Assembly: GCA_903894145.1 (NCBI GenBank) | Contig: CAITPB010000255.1 | Coordinates: 1 to 43,624 of the forward strand | Direction: 5' to 3' | DNA from: Candidatus Firestoneibacteriota bacterium | GTDB lineage: Bacteria; Oederibacteriota; D2-FULL-39-29; CAIOVX01 | Length of the DNA: 43,624 nucleotides | Shown: positions 18,313 to 27,395 of the stretch, piece after piece | How positions within the stretch are numbered: the stretch's first letter is position 1 | Layout: each line of letters starts with the position of its first letter | Position numbers and translations under genes: made by a program | Notes under the pieces: generated by a model | Seen by the model: only the letters and a program-made list of their open reading frames with translations | What the model was told of the DNA's origin: nothing | The model's database searches: none

Positions 18313-19449
18313 TTATTTGCCCTCCTTTGTACATTTTGAAACATCAATTGTGAAGGCTTTCGTGAATTTTCCATCCGCGGACCTGGCCTCTATGGCAACA
18401 AGATGTTCGCCTTCATTTAAGTTGAACCTTGTACCGAAAGTTCCGTCGCCCGCGAGTTTAACGGGCTTGCCGTTCATAGTCACGGAAGCGTCGGGCTCGG
18501 TAGCCCCGTAAATAATTATCTCGGTTCCTACGCGAAACCAGAAAATAGGAGTTTTCTCCTTGCCGCTTCCCGGGCTGGACCAGCTCGAAAGCCAGCCTGA
18601 TGAACCGCCGTGAACTCTCTCGGAACCGCCCATAGTGTTTAGAGTTCCTGCCGCGGCGGCTGTCCCGGATTCCGCCGCGTTTTCGTTCCAGTCACCCTGC
18701 ATATGCCATTCTTTGGGATAGGCCCTTTTCATCAATTCTTCCGAGATAACCCATTCTTCATCCATAACCGAAGCGATGCAGTCGGCGGGAGTTTTTATGG
18801 TATTTGACCTCGCGTACGGAATAAATCTTCCGTCATGAAGAAACATTCCTATCTCCGCCAGCCAGCGCCTGTTTGGGTCTCCCGCGTGCAGGTACCAGGA
18901 CGACGCGCCTTCCGAGATCCTTACATCAAAATATCTGTTGGCGTTCCTGCCGTCAAAAATAACATTTGTAACATCATAGACGCGCAGCATAACGGTTCCG
19001 GAATTAAAACTTTCGCCGAGCCTTTCTTTCATTGAGGCGACGGAATCCCGGGTTACCTCCCAGTAAGTGAAGAGCCAGTGGGAATCCCTGGCCAGAAGAA
19101 CAATACAGGTTTCGTTGTAAAAAGACGGAAAAAGCGCGTTATAGTCTTCATCAGGTATGAAAACAGAGAAAGGCTTTTCTGTTAATATTTTGGAAGGCAA
19201 ATCCTGCTTTTCTTCCTGCTTTTGCTTTGACTCCGCAGGCTTCGCCGGCTGCGAGGGAACAGCCGTTTCGGGGTCTTTCTTAACAACCGGTTTCACGGGC
19301 AGCAACGGTTTATTCTTTGAGAGCTTCGCCCTTGCTTTCGCAAGCGGGCCCGCTGCCGGCTTCTTCACCTTCTTTCCGGAAGAAAGTTTTATTGTGTCGT
19401 CGCCCGAGGCGCCGGGAGGTCTTTTAGGATTTTTACTGATTGGCCCCAT
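18313..19449 (-). CDS. DUF4912 domain protein
   Basis: LLARDSHWLFTYWEV, LRVYDVT, ARSNTIKTP, C-terminal IIYGATEPDASVT..G.PV.L..DGTF; Lys/Pro-rich N-terminus; adjacent to GH57. Confidence 0.88.
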   Translation of the reverse strand: MGPISKNPKRPPGASGDDTIKLSSGKKVKKPAAGPLAKARAKLSKNKPLLPVKPVVKKDPETAVPSQPAKPAESKQKQEEKQDLPSKILTEKPFSVFIPDEDYNALFPSFYNETCIVLLARDSHWLFTYWEVTRDSVASMKERLGESFNSGTVMLRVYDVTNVIFDGRNANRYFDVRISEGASSWYLHAGDPNRRWLAEIGMFLHDGRFIPYARSNTIKTPADCIASVMDEEWVISEELMKRAYPKEWHMQGDWNENAAESGTAAAAGTLNTMGGSERVHGGSSGWLSSWSSPGSGKEKTPIFWFRVGTEIIIYGATEPDASVTMNGKPVKLAGDGTFGTRFNLNEGEHLVAIEARSADGKFTKAFTIDVSKCTKEGK

Positions 19450-19458
19450 AATTTCTCC

Positions 19459-20688
19459 TTAAAACAACTCAAGTTGAGAGTATCTGGCGAGCTCGCCTTC
19501 GTCAAAAAGCACTACTTTTCCCGGAACTCCGTCATAGCCGGGAAATACCCTGACATCAGACTTTCTGGACTTCAGTATTCCTTCGGCGACGGGTACCGGA
19601 GCAAGCCTTCTGACTTCTTCTTCAGGCAGGTCCAGGAGAAGAGAAAACTCGCTCCCGGCCTTTTCAACAAGTTTCAGGTACGCTTCCCTTACCTTCTGCG
19701 ACTCCGTGCCGGCGTTCATGCAGAAAGCCAGTATCTCATCCAGCGGCATAATGTTCCTGAACGGCAGATATTTTCCTTTGGCCTCATTCTCCGTCCTGTC
19801 CGAGAGATCCTCTACGCGCTGTAGAACGCCGCGTCTTACGGGTCTCCCGCAGGCAGTGCAAATATGCCCGAGATTAGCGCTTTCGAGCGGAGAAAAGCAG
19901 AGCCCGCACTCCTTATGCCCGCTCAGATAATTTCTTCCCTCTTCGGGGTAGAATTCTATCGTGTAGAGAAGTTCATCCCTGCGCTTATATTGCAGGGCGT
20001 TTTTAATCTCATAATAGTGGAGCGCGGCGCTAAAAACGCAAGCCTCTCTGCCGATGGTCCCGGGCATGTGGGCGTTCGAACCCGAAATCATCGTGATGCG
20101 GTCGAGGCATGACAGCCTCGCGCACATCTTCGGATCCGCTGAAAGCCCGGTCTCCGCCGCAAAGACATATTTCGCGTACTGCCCGAAACATTCCTCGAGC
20201 GTGCCATAGCCGCCGGTCCCCAGCACAGAAAACCCAGGAGCAAAAATGTGCGACGGCACCACAAAACAATCCATGGAAATATCACAAACAATCCGCACCA
20301 GCTCGGACGCTTCCAGATTAAGGAGCGGCCTCCCGCCGGCGGTCAGATCACCGTACTTTGAAAGAGCTTTGTTTATTCTCTCTATATGCTCAAACCCGGG
20401 AGAAAATATCTGAAGCTGTACCTTCCGGCTACCGTTCATCCCGATGTAAACGCAATTAACTTCTCCTGAAAGAATAAAATGAGTGTCATTAAATTTAAAT
20501 AGCCCGTTGCCCTGCGGTTTCAGCTTCCTGCGAAGCTCCGAAAGCCAGAGAGGATGCGTGATATCTCCGGCGGAAAGAAGATCAAGCCCTTTATATTTCG
20601 CCCACCGGGAGAGCGTCTCAAGGTCCATATCGCGGGTAGCTCCCAGGCTGAATTTACTGTGAATGTGAAAGTCCGCTCTAAAGTTCAT
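19459..20688 (-). CDS. Endonuclease Q family (PHP domain) protein with degenerate metal ligands
   Basis: ADFHIHSKFS, GDITHP, ETGLSADP, IGREA, EFYPEEG, HKEC..CTACG, PGYDG; C-terminal QLELF. Start at ATG 20688. Confidence 0.85.
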   Translation of the reverse strand: MNFRADFHIHSKFSLGATRDMDLETLSRWAKYKGLDLLSAGDITHPLWLSELRRKLKPQGNGLFKFNDTHFILSGEVNCVYIGMNGSRKVQLQIFSPGFEHIERINKALSKYGDLTAGGRPLLNLEASELVRIVCDISMDCFVVPSHIFAPGFSVLGTGGYGTLEECFGQYAKYVFAAETGLSADPKMCARLSCLDRITMISGSNAHMPGTIGREACVFSAALHYYEIKNALQYKRRDELLYTIEFYPEEGRNYLSGHKECGLCFSPLESANLGHICTACGRPVRRGVLQRVEDLSDRTENEAKGKYLPFRNIMPLDEILAFCMNAGTESQKVREAYLKLVEKAGSEFSLLLDLPEEEVRRLAPVPVAEGILKSRKSDVRVFPGYDGVPGKVVLFDEGELARYSQLELF

Positions 20689-20798
20689 ATGGAATCCCAG
20701 CTTGAGTGATTCATCCGCTTGATTATATAACATTTAGATAGAAAGAAAAAATGATTTTTTAAAAAAGGGGGCCATTTGAAGAATATTGCGGCGTCCGG

Positions 20799-22013
20799 CT
20801 AGAACTTATTTATCACAACTCCGGCAGGAAGTTTCGGGAAGAAATATGTCGATTTGTGGGGCATCCTTTCAAGTTTTACCGCTGTCTTTCTTATGTCAGA
20901 AGGTGAAATTGCCGGAACGAGAAAAACGGAGTCAAAACTGCCGGAATCCGCGGCCAAAAGAGCTTCTTCCGGATTCCTGATATAAGCGATGTTTTTAACC
21001 GGCGGGAGAGCTTTTAAAATGATATGGTGCAGAACGCTGGTTGATAATCTTTTCCAGGCAGCGGATCTTTTAAGAGGTATAGAGAGCGCAACACCCGCGC
21101 TCTTTGGAACAAGCGCATAAAACTTATGCCCGGAGTAAAATATTATATTTTCCGCGGAAGCCTCTTTTTTGCATGGGATTACGTTGAATTTACCCTCAAG
21201 CCTGTCTGCCAGCATTTTGGCCGAGACAGGGCTCGAGAACTTCACGGCCCTGTGCGTAGGGTAAACGATCAGCCCGCTGTCCTGCATTGAAACCAGAGCA
21301 AAAAGCGTGAAATTCCAGAGCGCTTTCGGGTCTCTCCCGTACTTTTTTTCGTTCTCTTTTTTGTAGGCCAGCGCTGTCTCGTATCTGTGATGCCCGTCGG
21401 CGATAAAGATCCGGCGCCTTTTAGTAAACGAGACAATCCGGTTAACCGCCGCCTCATCCGCAATCTTCCAAAGCTTTCCTTTCACGTTCTGTCCGCCGTC
21501 GCGCAGAGCGAATTCCAGGTCAGGTTTCATCTTTTTAAACTCTGACCAGTCAAATTTGCCGTCGTACACTCCGAATATAGGGCTGGTGTGCGCCCTGCAT
21601 GCCCTGAGCAGGTTCAACCGGTCCTGCTTGTGTTTTGGAAAAGTCTCTTCGTGAGGCAGCACCGATTTTTCCGAGAATTCTTCCGCCTTTACAAGAGCAT
21701 AAAACCCGGTCCGCTTAAGCAGGCGGCCGTTCATTTTGAAAGACTGTTCCAGAAGATAAAAAGAAGGGAGGGAATCCCGCGTCAGCGCGCCTTTCGCAAT
21801 CCATTTTAAAAGTTCTGTCCCTGAAGCGGAATACCTTCGCGCATCTTTTCCTTTTCTGAAATCCACCCGCACAATGTTATACGGGGAGGACTTGTAATAA
21901 TCCTCCCTCATCTCAGGGGAAATGACATCGTAAGGAAGCGTTAACTGACTGCTCAGGCTTCCTGTTTTTTCCGTGTTGTATGTTAGCCCTTTGAAAGGGA
22001 TTACTTCCGCCAC
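20799..22013 (-). CDS. DUF1015 family protein
   Basis: PFKGL, PYDVIS, PHEET, IADGHHRYETA, PTHR, MPHKSTYFFPK; GTG start after AAGGAG. Confidence 0.9.
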   Translation of the reverse strand: MAEVIPFKGLTYNTEKTGSLSSQLTLPYDVISPEMREDYYKSSPYNIVRVDFRKGKDARRYSASGTELLKWIAKGALTRDSLPSFYLLEQSFKMNGRLLKRTGFYALVKAEEFSEKSVLPHEETFPKHKQDRLNLLRACRAHTSPIFGVYDGKFDWSEFKKMKPDLEFALRDGGQNVKGKLWKIADEAAVNRIVSFTKRRRIFIADGHHRYETALAYKKENEKKYGRDPKALWNFTLFALVSMQDSGLIVYPTHRAVKFSSPVSAKMLADRLEGKFNVIPCKKEASAENIIFYSGHKFYALVPKSAGVALSIPLKRSAAWKRLSTSVLHHIILKALPPVKNIAYIRNPEEALLAADSGSFDSVFLVPAISPSDIRKTAVKLERMPHKSTYFFPKLPAGVVINKF

Positions 22014-22024
22014 TCTTACTCCTT

Positions 22025-22052
22025 AAAAAAACTCCCTTGGTTAGCAAGGGAG
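22025..22052 (-). terminator. Rho-independent terminator after trxA
   Basis: CTCCCTTG-CTAAC-CAAGGGAG followed by TTTTTTT. Confidence 0.75.
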
Positions 22053-22078
22053 CAGTTTTTACTTTCTATTACCCGTTC

Positions 22079-22399
22079 TTATACAACCGCGGCGTCTATT
22101 CTTTTCTTTAGAGATTCCTTGGGCTGAACGCCGACCAATTGCTCCACCACCTGCCCGCCTTTGAAGATCATAACCGTCGGAATGCTCCTTATGCCGTACT
22201 TAGCCGCTATCCCGGGATTGTCATCTACATTGACTTTTCCAACCTTTACCTTGCCCGCGTATTCCTTGGCGAGTTCTTCGATAGTAGGACCTAGCATTCT
22301 GCAGGGCCCGCACCACTCTGCCCAGAAATCAACCAGCACCGGAGCCGCTGATTTCAGCACATCCGCTTCAAAATTCGCATCCGTAAAAGTTAACGCCAT
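22079..22399 (-). CDS. trxA: Thioredoxin
   Basis: [19 protein letters not shown]; start at ATG 22399 after GGAGG. Confidence 0.97.
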   Translation of the reverse strand: MALTFTDANFEADVLKSAAPVLVDFWAEWCGPCRMLGPTIEELAKEYAGKVKVGKVNVDDNPGIAAKYGIRSIPTVMIFKGGQVVEQLVGVQPKESLKKRIDAAVV

Positions 22400-22459
22400 T
22401 TTTATACCCTCCAGTTTATTATATCCGGCCACTCAGGCCGTCAGTATGACACTAATCAG

Positions 22460-23221
22460 TTACTTCTGTTTTACGGCTTTTGCTTTCTCTAGAGCGTCTT
22501 TCGCAAGCTGGCACGCCTTATCAGCCCCTTCCCTGGCTTTCTGAAAGTTAGCGTTATCCATATCTAGCTTTGCCATGGCAAGCGCGTCTTCCGCGCTCTT
22601 TAAGATATCGGCAACCGTGGATTCGGCCCCGGCGTCTTTTGCGTCAATAACGGCAGTCTTCGCTTTTGCCATTGAATCATTAGCTTTCTCCACATCTTCT
22701 ATGGCCTTTCTGGTCTCGTTGTAAGCGTTCGCGGCCATGGATTTTGCGGCGGCAAACCTCCGGAGGCGCACGTTATTGTTGGCGTCCCAAAGGGTGTCCT
22801 TTATTTCCTTTATCTTCTTTCCGTAGGACCTGTCCAATCCTACTTCTGTCGCAAAGACAAGGCTCTTTTCTGTTTCGGCTATCAATTTCTGCACCTCGCC
22901 CGGAAGTTCTTTCACATCCCTGGCAAGCAGAGAAGCTTTCTCCGCCGAATCCTGCGCGCCGGCGTAATCATCCTTACTTAGGTATTCTTTCGCGCCGGCA
23001 AGTTTTGATCTTGCGTCGTTGTATGTTTCCTGCATATTGTCTTTATTGGGAGAAGCCTCAGCAGATTTCAGGTCTTTCTCAGCCTTGTCTACCGCCGCTG
23101 TCGCGGAACTGTAAGCCGCCTTGTCCGAAGGTTTTATGTATTTTGAGCAGCCGGCGCAGATAAAAACGACTGCGAGAGCCGCAACAATGAGCTTACGTGC
23201 CGCGTCTGTCTTATTAAACAT
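22460..23221 (-). CDS. Alanine/lysine-rich all-helical lipoprotein (DUF4398-like repeats)
   Basis: Lipobox CAG-C; three repeats of helix-A(x)-helix...Y/F..A...A..A; start at ATG 23221 after GGAGG. Confidence 0.65.
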   Translation of the reverse strand: MFNKTDAARKLIVAALAVVFICAGCSKYIKPSDKAAYSSATAAVDKAEKDLKSAEASPNKDNMQETYNDARSKLAGAKEYLSKDDYAGAQDSAEKASLLARDVKELPGEVQKLIAETEKSLVFATEVGLDRSYGKKIKEIKDTLWDANNNVRLRRFAAAKSMAANAYNETRKAIEDVEKANDSMAKAKTAVIDAKDAGAESTVADILKSAEDALAMAKLDMDNANFQKAREGADKACQLAKDALEKAKAVKQK

Positions 23222-23245
23222 CAATTCCTCCATCATGAAAACAGG

Positions 23246-24121
23246 CTATTCTTTTGTCTTCCTTAAACCCTGCTCAAGGTTTGAGACCAGAGGCCGAAGC
23301 ATTGTCGTAAATTCCATCGGAAAAATATACTTCGTGGAAGGCGAGTTGCCCAGCGCCTTGAGCGTTTCAAGGTACTGCAGGCTCATGGTTTTTTCGTCTA
23401 TACTCTTCGCGGCGCCGAAAATGTTCGCGAGAGCCTGCGCGTAGCCTTCTGCTTCCAGCATCTGAGCCTGTTTCTTGCCTTCCGCTTTTAAAATGGCGGA
23501 TTGTTTCTCGCCTTCGGCGATTGTTATCGCGGCCTGCTTGGTGCCGTCGGATTCCGTCACAACCGCTCTTCTGTGCCTTTCCGCCGCCATCTGCTTGGTC
23601 ATCGCTGTCTGGACTTCTACGGGCGGCTGGATTTCCCTTATTTCCACGGAAGTCACCTTAACGCCCCACCTTCCGGTAACTTCGTCAAGTTTTGTCCGCA
23701 GTATATCGTTTATCTGTTCCCTCTTTGCGAGCACATCGTCAAGCGCGATATCGCCGACAACAGCGCGAAGAGTCGTGGTAGCGATGCCTTGCGCAGCTCC
23801 GGCGAAGTTCCTTACCTGAATGACCGAGGCGGAAGGATCTATTACCTTCCAGTATATAAGAAAGTCAACCGAGATCGGAGCGTTGTCTTTGGTAATGCAG
23901 GTTTGTTCCGGTATCTCGAGATAGGATTCCCTAAGATCCACTTCAACCACTTTGTCTATGATCGGAACAACTATTACAATTCCGGGTCCTTTCTCGCCCT
24001 GGGTCCTTCCCAGACGGAAAAGCACGAGCCTCTTATACTCCGGGACTATCCTTATTATATTTACAACCATTACGAAAACAGCGACCACAAGCACAATTAT
24101 CATGAAGATTCCCGGCGTCAT
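23246..24121 (-). CDS. SPFH/band 7 (stomatin/QmcA-like) membrane protein
   Basis: N-terminal TM helix; FRLGR, GPG, ITKDN, TTLRAVVG, WGVKV..VEI, QMAAER. Confidence 0.93.
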   Translation of the reverse strand: MTPGIFMIIVLVVAVFVMVVNIIRIVPEYKRLVLFRLGRTQGEKGPGIVIVVPIIDKVVEVDLRESYLEIPEQTCITKDNAPISVDFLIYWKVIDPSASVIQVRNFAGAAQGIATTTLRAVVGDIALDDVLAKREQINDILRTKLDEVTGRWGVKVTSVEIREIQPPVEVQTAMTKQMAAERHRRAVVTESDGTKQAAITIAEGEKQSAILKAEGKKQAQMLEAEGYAQALANIFGAAKSIDEKTMSLQYLETLKALGNSPSTKYIFPMEFTTMLRPLVSNLEQGLRKTKE

Positions 24122-24133
24122 AACCCCTCCTGC

Positions 24134-25420
24134 TTACTTAACTTTAGCGGACTCTCCGGTTCGTTCCACTATAAGTTTTATGCCTTCCAAACGCAGAACC
24201 TTTACTTTTTCCCCTTTCAATACCGGTTTCCCGTCGGCAGAACCGGCAGACCAGTCTTCTTTGTTTACAGAGACAATTCCGACAGGGTCTATTGCCACAC
24301 GCACATCTCCGGAAGCCCCCACAAGGCTTTTAATCCCTATCACAACTCTGTTCTTGAGCGCTTTTATTCCGATGGAAATGATTATAGCAAAAAACGCCGA
24401 GCTAATCACTACCATTGTAATTACCACGGCAAGGGACATTTTAAAATAGGGAATCATCGGGGAAAAGAGCAGAAGAGAACCTAGGAAGAGCGAAACCACT
24501 CCACCCGCGGCAAGAGCCCCGTGCGTTGTCGCCTTTATTTCCAAAATAAACAGCGCGACCGCAAGAACAAGCAGGGCGACTCCCGCGAAACTTATGGAAA
24601 GGCTGTTGAAAGAAATCAGCGCCAGTATCATGCAGATAACGCCTGCTGTCCCGGGAAACACAGCGCCGGGCGAAGCCAGCTCGTAGATAAGACCGTAGAT
24701 GCCGATCAAAAAGAGCACATAGGCGATTGTAGGGTCGTTAAGAGTGTTAAGCAAACTCTCCCGCCAGGTCATCTTCAGCCTGAGGATAGAAGCCTTGTTC
24801 GTGTTAATAACCGCCTCGGAACCGCTTAAAAGCCTGAATTTTTTGCCGTTCAGTTTTTCAAGCAATACCGCGGTGTCATCGGCGATGGCATCCGATATGC
24901 CGAGCTTTGCCGCCTCTGTCTCGGTTATTGACACGCTCTTCCTTACCGCGTCGTCCACCCAGGAAATATTCCTGCCGCGTTTTTCCGCCAGAGTTCTTAT
25001 ATAGGCCGCCGCGTCGTTGGTAATTTTTTCGGATGCCAGCTTGCCGTCCATATATACCGGATGGGCCGCGCCCATGTTTGTGCCTGAGGCCATCGCCACA
25101 TAATCAGCAGCCATCGCGATGAAGAGGCCTGCCGAAGCCGACCTCGCGCCCTTGGGAGCCACATGGACAACAACCGGAATTTTTGAAGCCAGAATTTTCT
25201 GCACGATATCGCGCATTGAATCGTTCATGCCGCCCGGCGTGTCGAGTTCAAGCACCACGCACTCCGCTTTCATCTTCTCGGCGTCAGAAATGCATCTTGT
25301 CAGGTAGGCAGCGGAGGACTGATTTATCGCTCCCCTAAACTCCACTATTGCAACGCTGCCCGCAAATACCCGGGACGCCGCGGCCAGCAGGAGCAGAAGG
25401 ACTGTAGTTCTTATTCTCAT
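24134..25420 (-). CDS. nfeD: NfeD long form (membrane-bound ClpP-class serine protease, stomatin operon partner)
   Basis: LDTPGG, ARSASAG (Ser), MGAAHPV, EKITND (Lys), TM bundle, C-terminal OB fold. Confidence 0.93.
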   Translation of the reverse strand: MRIRTTVLLLLLAAASRVFAGSVAIVEFRGAINQSSAAYLTRCISDAEKMKAECVVLELDTPGGMNDSMRDIVQKILASKIPVVVHVAPKGARSASAGLFIAMAADYVAMASGTNMGAAHPVYMDGKLASEKITNDAAAYIRTLAEKRGRNISWVDDAVRKSVSITETEAAKLGISDAIADDTAVLLEKLNGKKFRLLSGSEAVINTNKASILRLKMTWRESLLNTLNDPTIAYVLFLIGIYGLIYELASPGAVFPGTAGVICMILALISFNSLSISFAGVALLVLAVALFILEIKATTHGALAAGGVVSLFLGSLLLFSPMIPYFKMSLAVVITMVVISSAFFAIIISIGIKALKNRVVIGIKSLVGASGDVRVAIDPVGIVSVNKEDWSAGSADGKPVLKGEKVKVLRLEGIKLIVERTGESAKVK

Positions 25421-26139
25421 GCTGTTATCCTCTTGACGGCGGCAAGATAGGCCCCGTAAACTGCCAGCGAAGGATCGAATATGTCCGCTGCAGGTATATC
25501 ACCTGCCAAAAGAGGGGCAAATCCTCCGGTCAGAACAGCCTTAGCTTTAAACTTTTTCTTGGCGCGCGACAACACCCCGTCTGCCATCGAACTCAACCCC
25601 CAGTAGGCCCCGTTTCTGATGGCCGCTTCGGTCTCAAGCGCCGCGAAACCGGCGGGTTTGCCATATTCCACGAGGGGAAGAAGCGCGGTCTTTTTCTCAA
25701 GATACTCCGTGAATAAAGGCGCTCCCGGCATTATGAGACCGCCGGCATATTCGCCTTTTCTGTTAATAATATTTAAAGTAGTTGCAGTGCCAAGGTCCAG
25801 AACTACCGCGGGAGAACCGTATTTTTCCCGGGCCGCGTAAGCCGCGAGAATACGGTCCACTCCGAGCGTTTCCTTTTTCTTGTAAAGGTTTTCCATGGGA
25901 ACATCGCGGGTGGTAAGCTCCAGAGCCAGCGGTACAGCCTTTCTCACAACAGCGGAAAGAGCCGGGACCACGGAGAAATAAACAACCGGGAGTTTTTGTG
26001 CCTTCGCGAATTTAGCGGAAAGAACCGCCCCTTTTTGCGTTGCGGGGAAAACTTTGAGCGACTTCTCTTTTCCGTTGCCGGCAAGCCAGACCTTCACTGA
26101 AGTGTTTCCAATATTGATTATAATGAGCCTAAGAGACAT
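25417..26139 (-). CDS. coaX: Type III pantothenate kinase
   Basis: NIGNT, SVVP, LGVDRI, VLDLGTATT, GGLIMPG, LTGG; follows birA. Confidence 0.88.
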   Translation of the reverse strand: MSLRLIIINIGNTSVKVWLAGNGKEKSLKVFPATQKGAVLSAKFAKAQKLPVVYFSVVPALSAVVRKAVPLALELTTRDVPMENLYKKKETLGVDRILAAYAAREKYGSPAVVLDLGTATTLNIINRKGEYAGGLIMPGAPLFTEYLEKKTALLPLVEYGKPAGFAALETEAAIRNGAYWGLSSMADGVLSRAKKKFKAKAVLTGGFAPLLAGDIPAADIFDPSLAVYGAYLAAVKRITA

Positions 26140-27106
26140 CGCCCGTCACCGCCCTCTTCACCGTGCCGTCCGCAAGCCGCACAAGGAGTGCGCAATCTCC
26201 GTCAATATCTTCGGCGATTCCTTCAACAAACTCGCCCCCGGACTGTATTTTAACCTTCCTTCCGAGGGTCGCGCATTTTCGTTTCCATTTCCGAATTATC
26301 GGTTCCGGCCCTTCCTGCTTGAAAAGCTCGTAATACTCCTCCAGGCTCTTCAGGGTTTCCGCAAGCAGCTTCACCCTTTGCACGTCTCTCTTCAATTCTA
26401 TTTTCAGCGAGGTGGCCCTACCGCGGACAGAATCCGGAAGGTCGTTCTTTGAAAGATTAACATTAATACCTATTCCGATTATGAGGTAATTTACAATATC
26501 CATCTCCGCCTTCATCTCGGTCAATATTCCGCAGAGCTTTTTTCCGTGAAACATTACGTCGTTTGGCCATTTGAGCTCCGCGTCCTCTCCGGTGACCTTC
26601 TTTATAGCGTCATGCACGGACAGTCCTGCGATAAAAGTGAGTTTGGGAGAATGGTAAGGGCTTATTTTCGGCCGGAGTATCACCGAGAACCAAAGACCTG
26701 ACCTCTCCGGCGAAAACCAGGTCCTTCCGAGCCGTCCTTTGCCCGCGGTCTGTTTTTCCGCGGTAACCACCGTGCCTTCAGGAACTTCTTTTTCGGTAAG
26801 CCGGGCCGCCATATCATTTGTGGAACCAATCTCATTAAAACAGTAGAGTTCCCTGCCGACATATTTTGTGCCCAGGGCGTTCTCTATCTCCGCCGGAAGA
26901 AGCAGGTCAGGCACCGACTGCAGGCGGTAACCGAGGTTAGTGTGACTCTCGAACTCGTAGCCCTGATCCATCAGCGAATGAATATGCTTCCAGATAGCGG
27001 TCCTGCTGACCTTAAACTTTTTACTGAGAGCTTCGCCGGAGAGGTACTTTTCCCCGGAAGTTCTTAGCAGCGAGAGTATTTCTTCTTCCGCCCCGCCTTT
27101 TCTCAC
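26129..27106 (-). CDS. birA: Bifunctional biotin-protein ligase / repressor
   Basis: HTH SGEALS...SRTAIWKHI, STND, QTAGKGRLGRTW, KWPND, KLCGIL, GIGIN. Confidence 0.96.
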   Translation of the reverse strand: MRKGGAEEEILSLLRTSGEKYLSGEALSKKFKVSRTAIWKHIHSLMDQGYEFESHTNLGYRLQSVPDLLLPAEIENALGTKYVGRELYCFNEIGSTNDMAARLTEKEVPEGTVVTAEKQTAGKGRLGRTWFSPERSGLWFSVILRPKISPYHSPKLTFIAGLSVHDAIKKVTGEDAELKWPNDVMFHGKKLCGILTEMKAEMDIVNYLIIGIGINVNLSKNDLPDSVRGRATSLKIELKRDVQRVKLLAETLKSLEEYYELFKQEGPEPIIRKWKRKCATLGRKVKIQSGGEFVEGIAEDIDGDCALLVRLADGTVKRAVTGDVS

Positions 27107-27363
27107 GCCTTGATCTCCCCGAATTGCTCTTCGTATTTCCTGATGTTGTCCGCGAGCGCGGCGGCAAAATTCTTCATATGGGAAGGCGAGGTTATTATCC
27201 TGGCGCTGACCTTGTTTTTGCTCTGTTGCGGCAGGACAAAGGCGAAATCTATCATGAACTCCGCGGGAGTATGAGCGATTGCCGCAAAATTTGCGTACAT
27301 GCCCCTGGCTGTTGCTTCATCTATGTCCAGGTTTATAGGTGAATTTCCGTTGCCTCCTGCCAT
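27103..27363 (-). CDS. DUF3467 family protein
   Basis: GMYANFAAIAHTPAEFMIDF...ARIITSP.HMK...YEEQFGEI. Confidence 0.88.
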   Translation of the reverse strand: MAGGNGNSPINLDIDEATARGMYANFAAIAHTPAEFMIDFAFVLPQQSKNKVSARIITSPSHMKNFAAALADNIRKYEEQFGEIKA

Positions 27364-27395
27364 AATGCCTCCTGAATAGTTTTTGGGCCTTAAAC

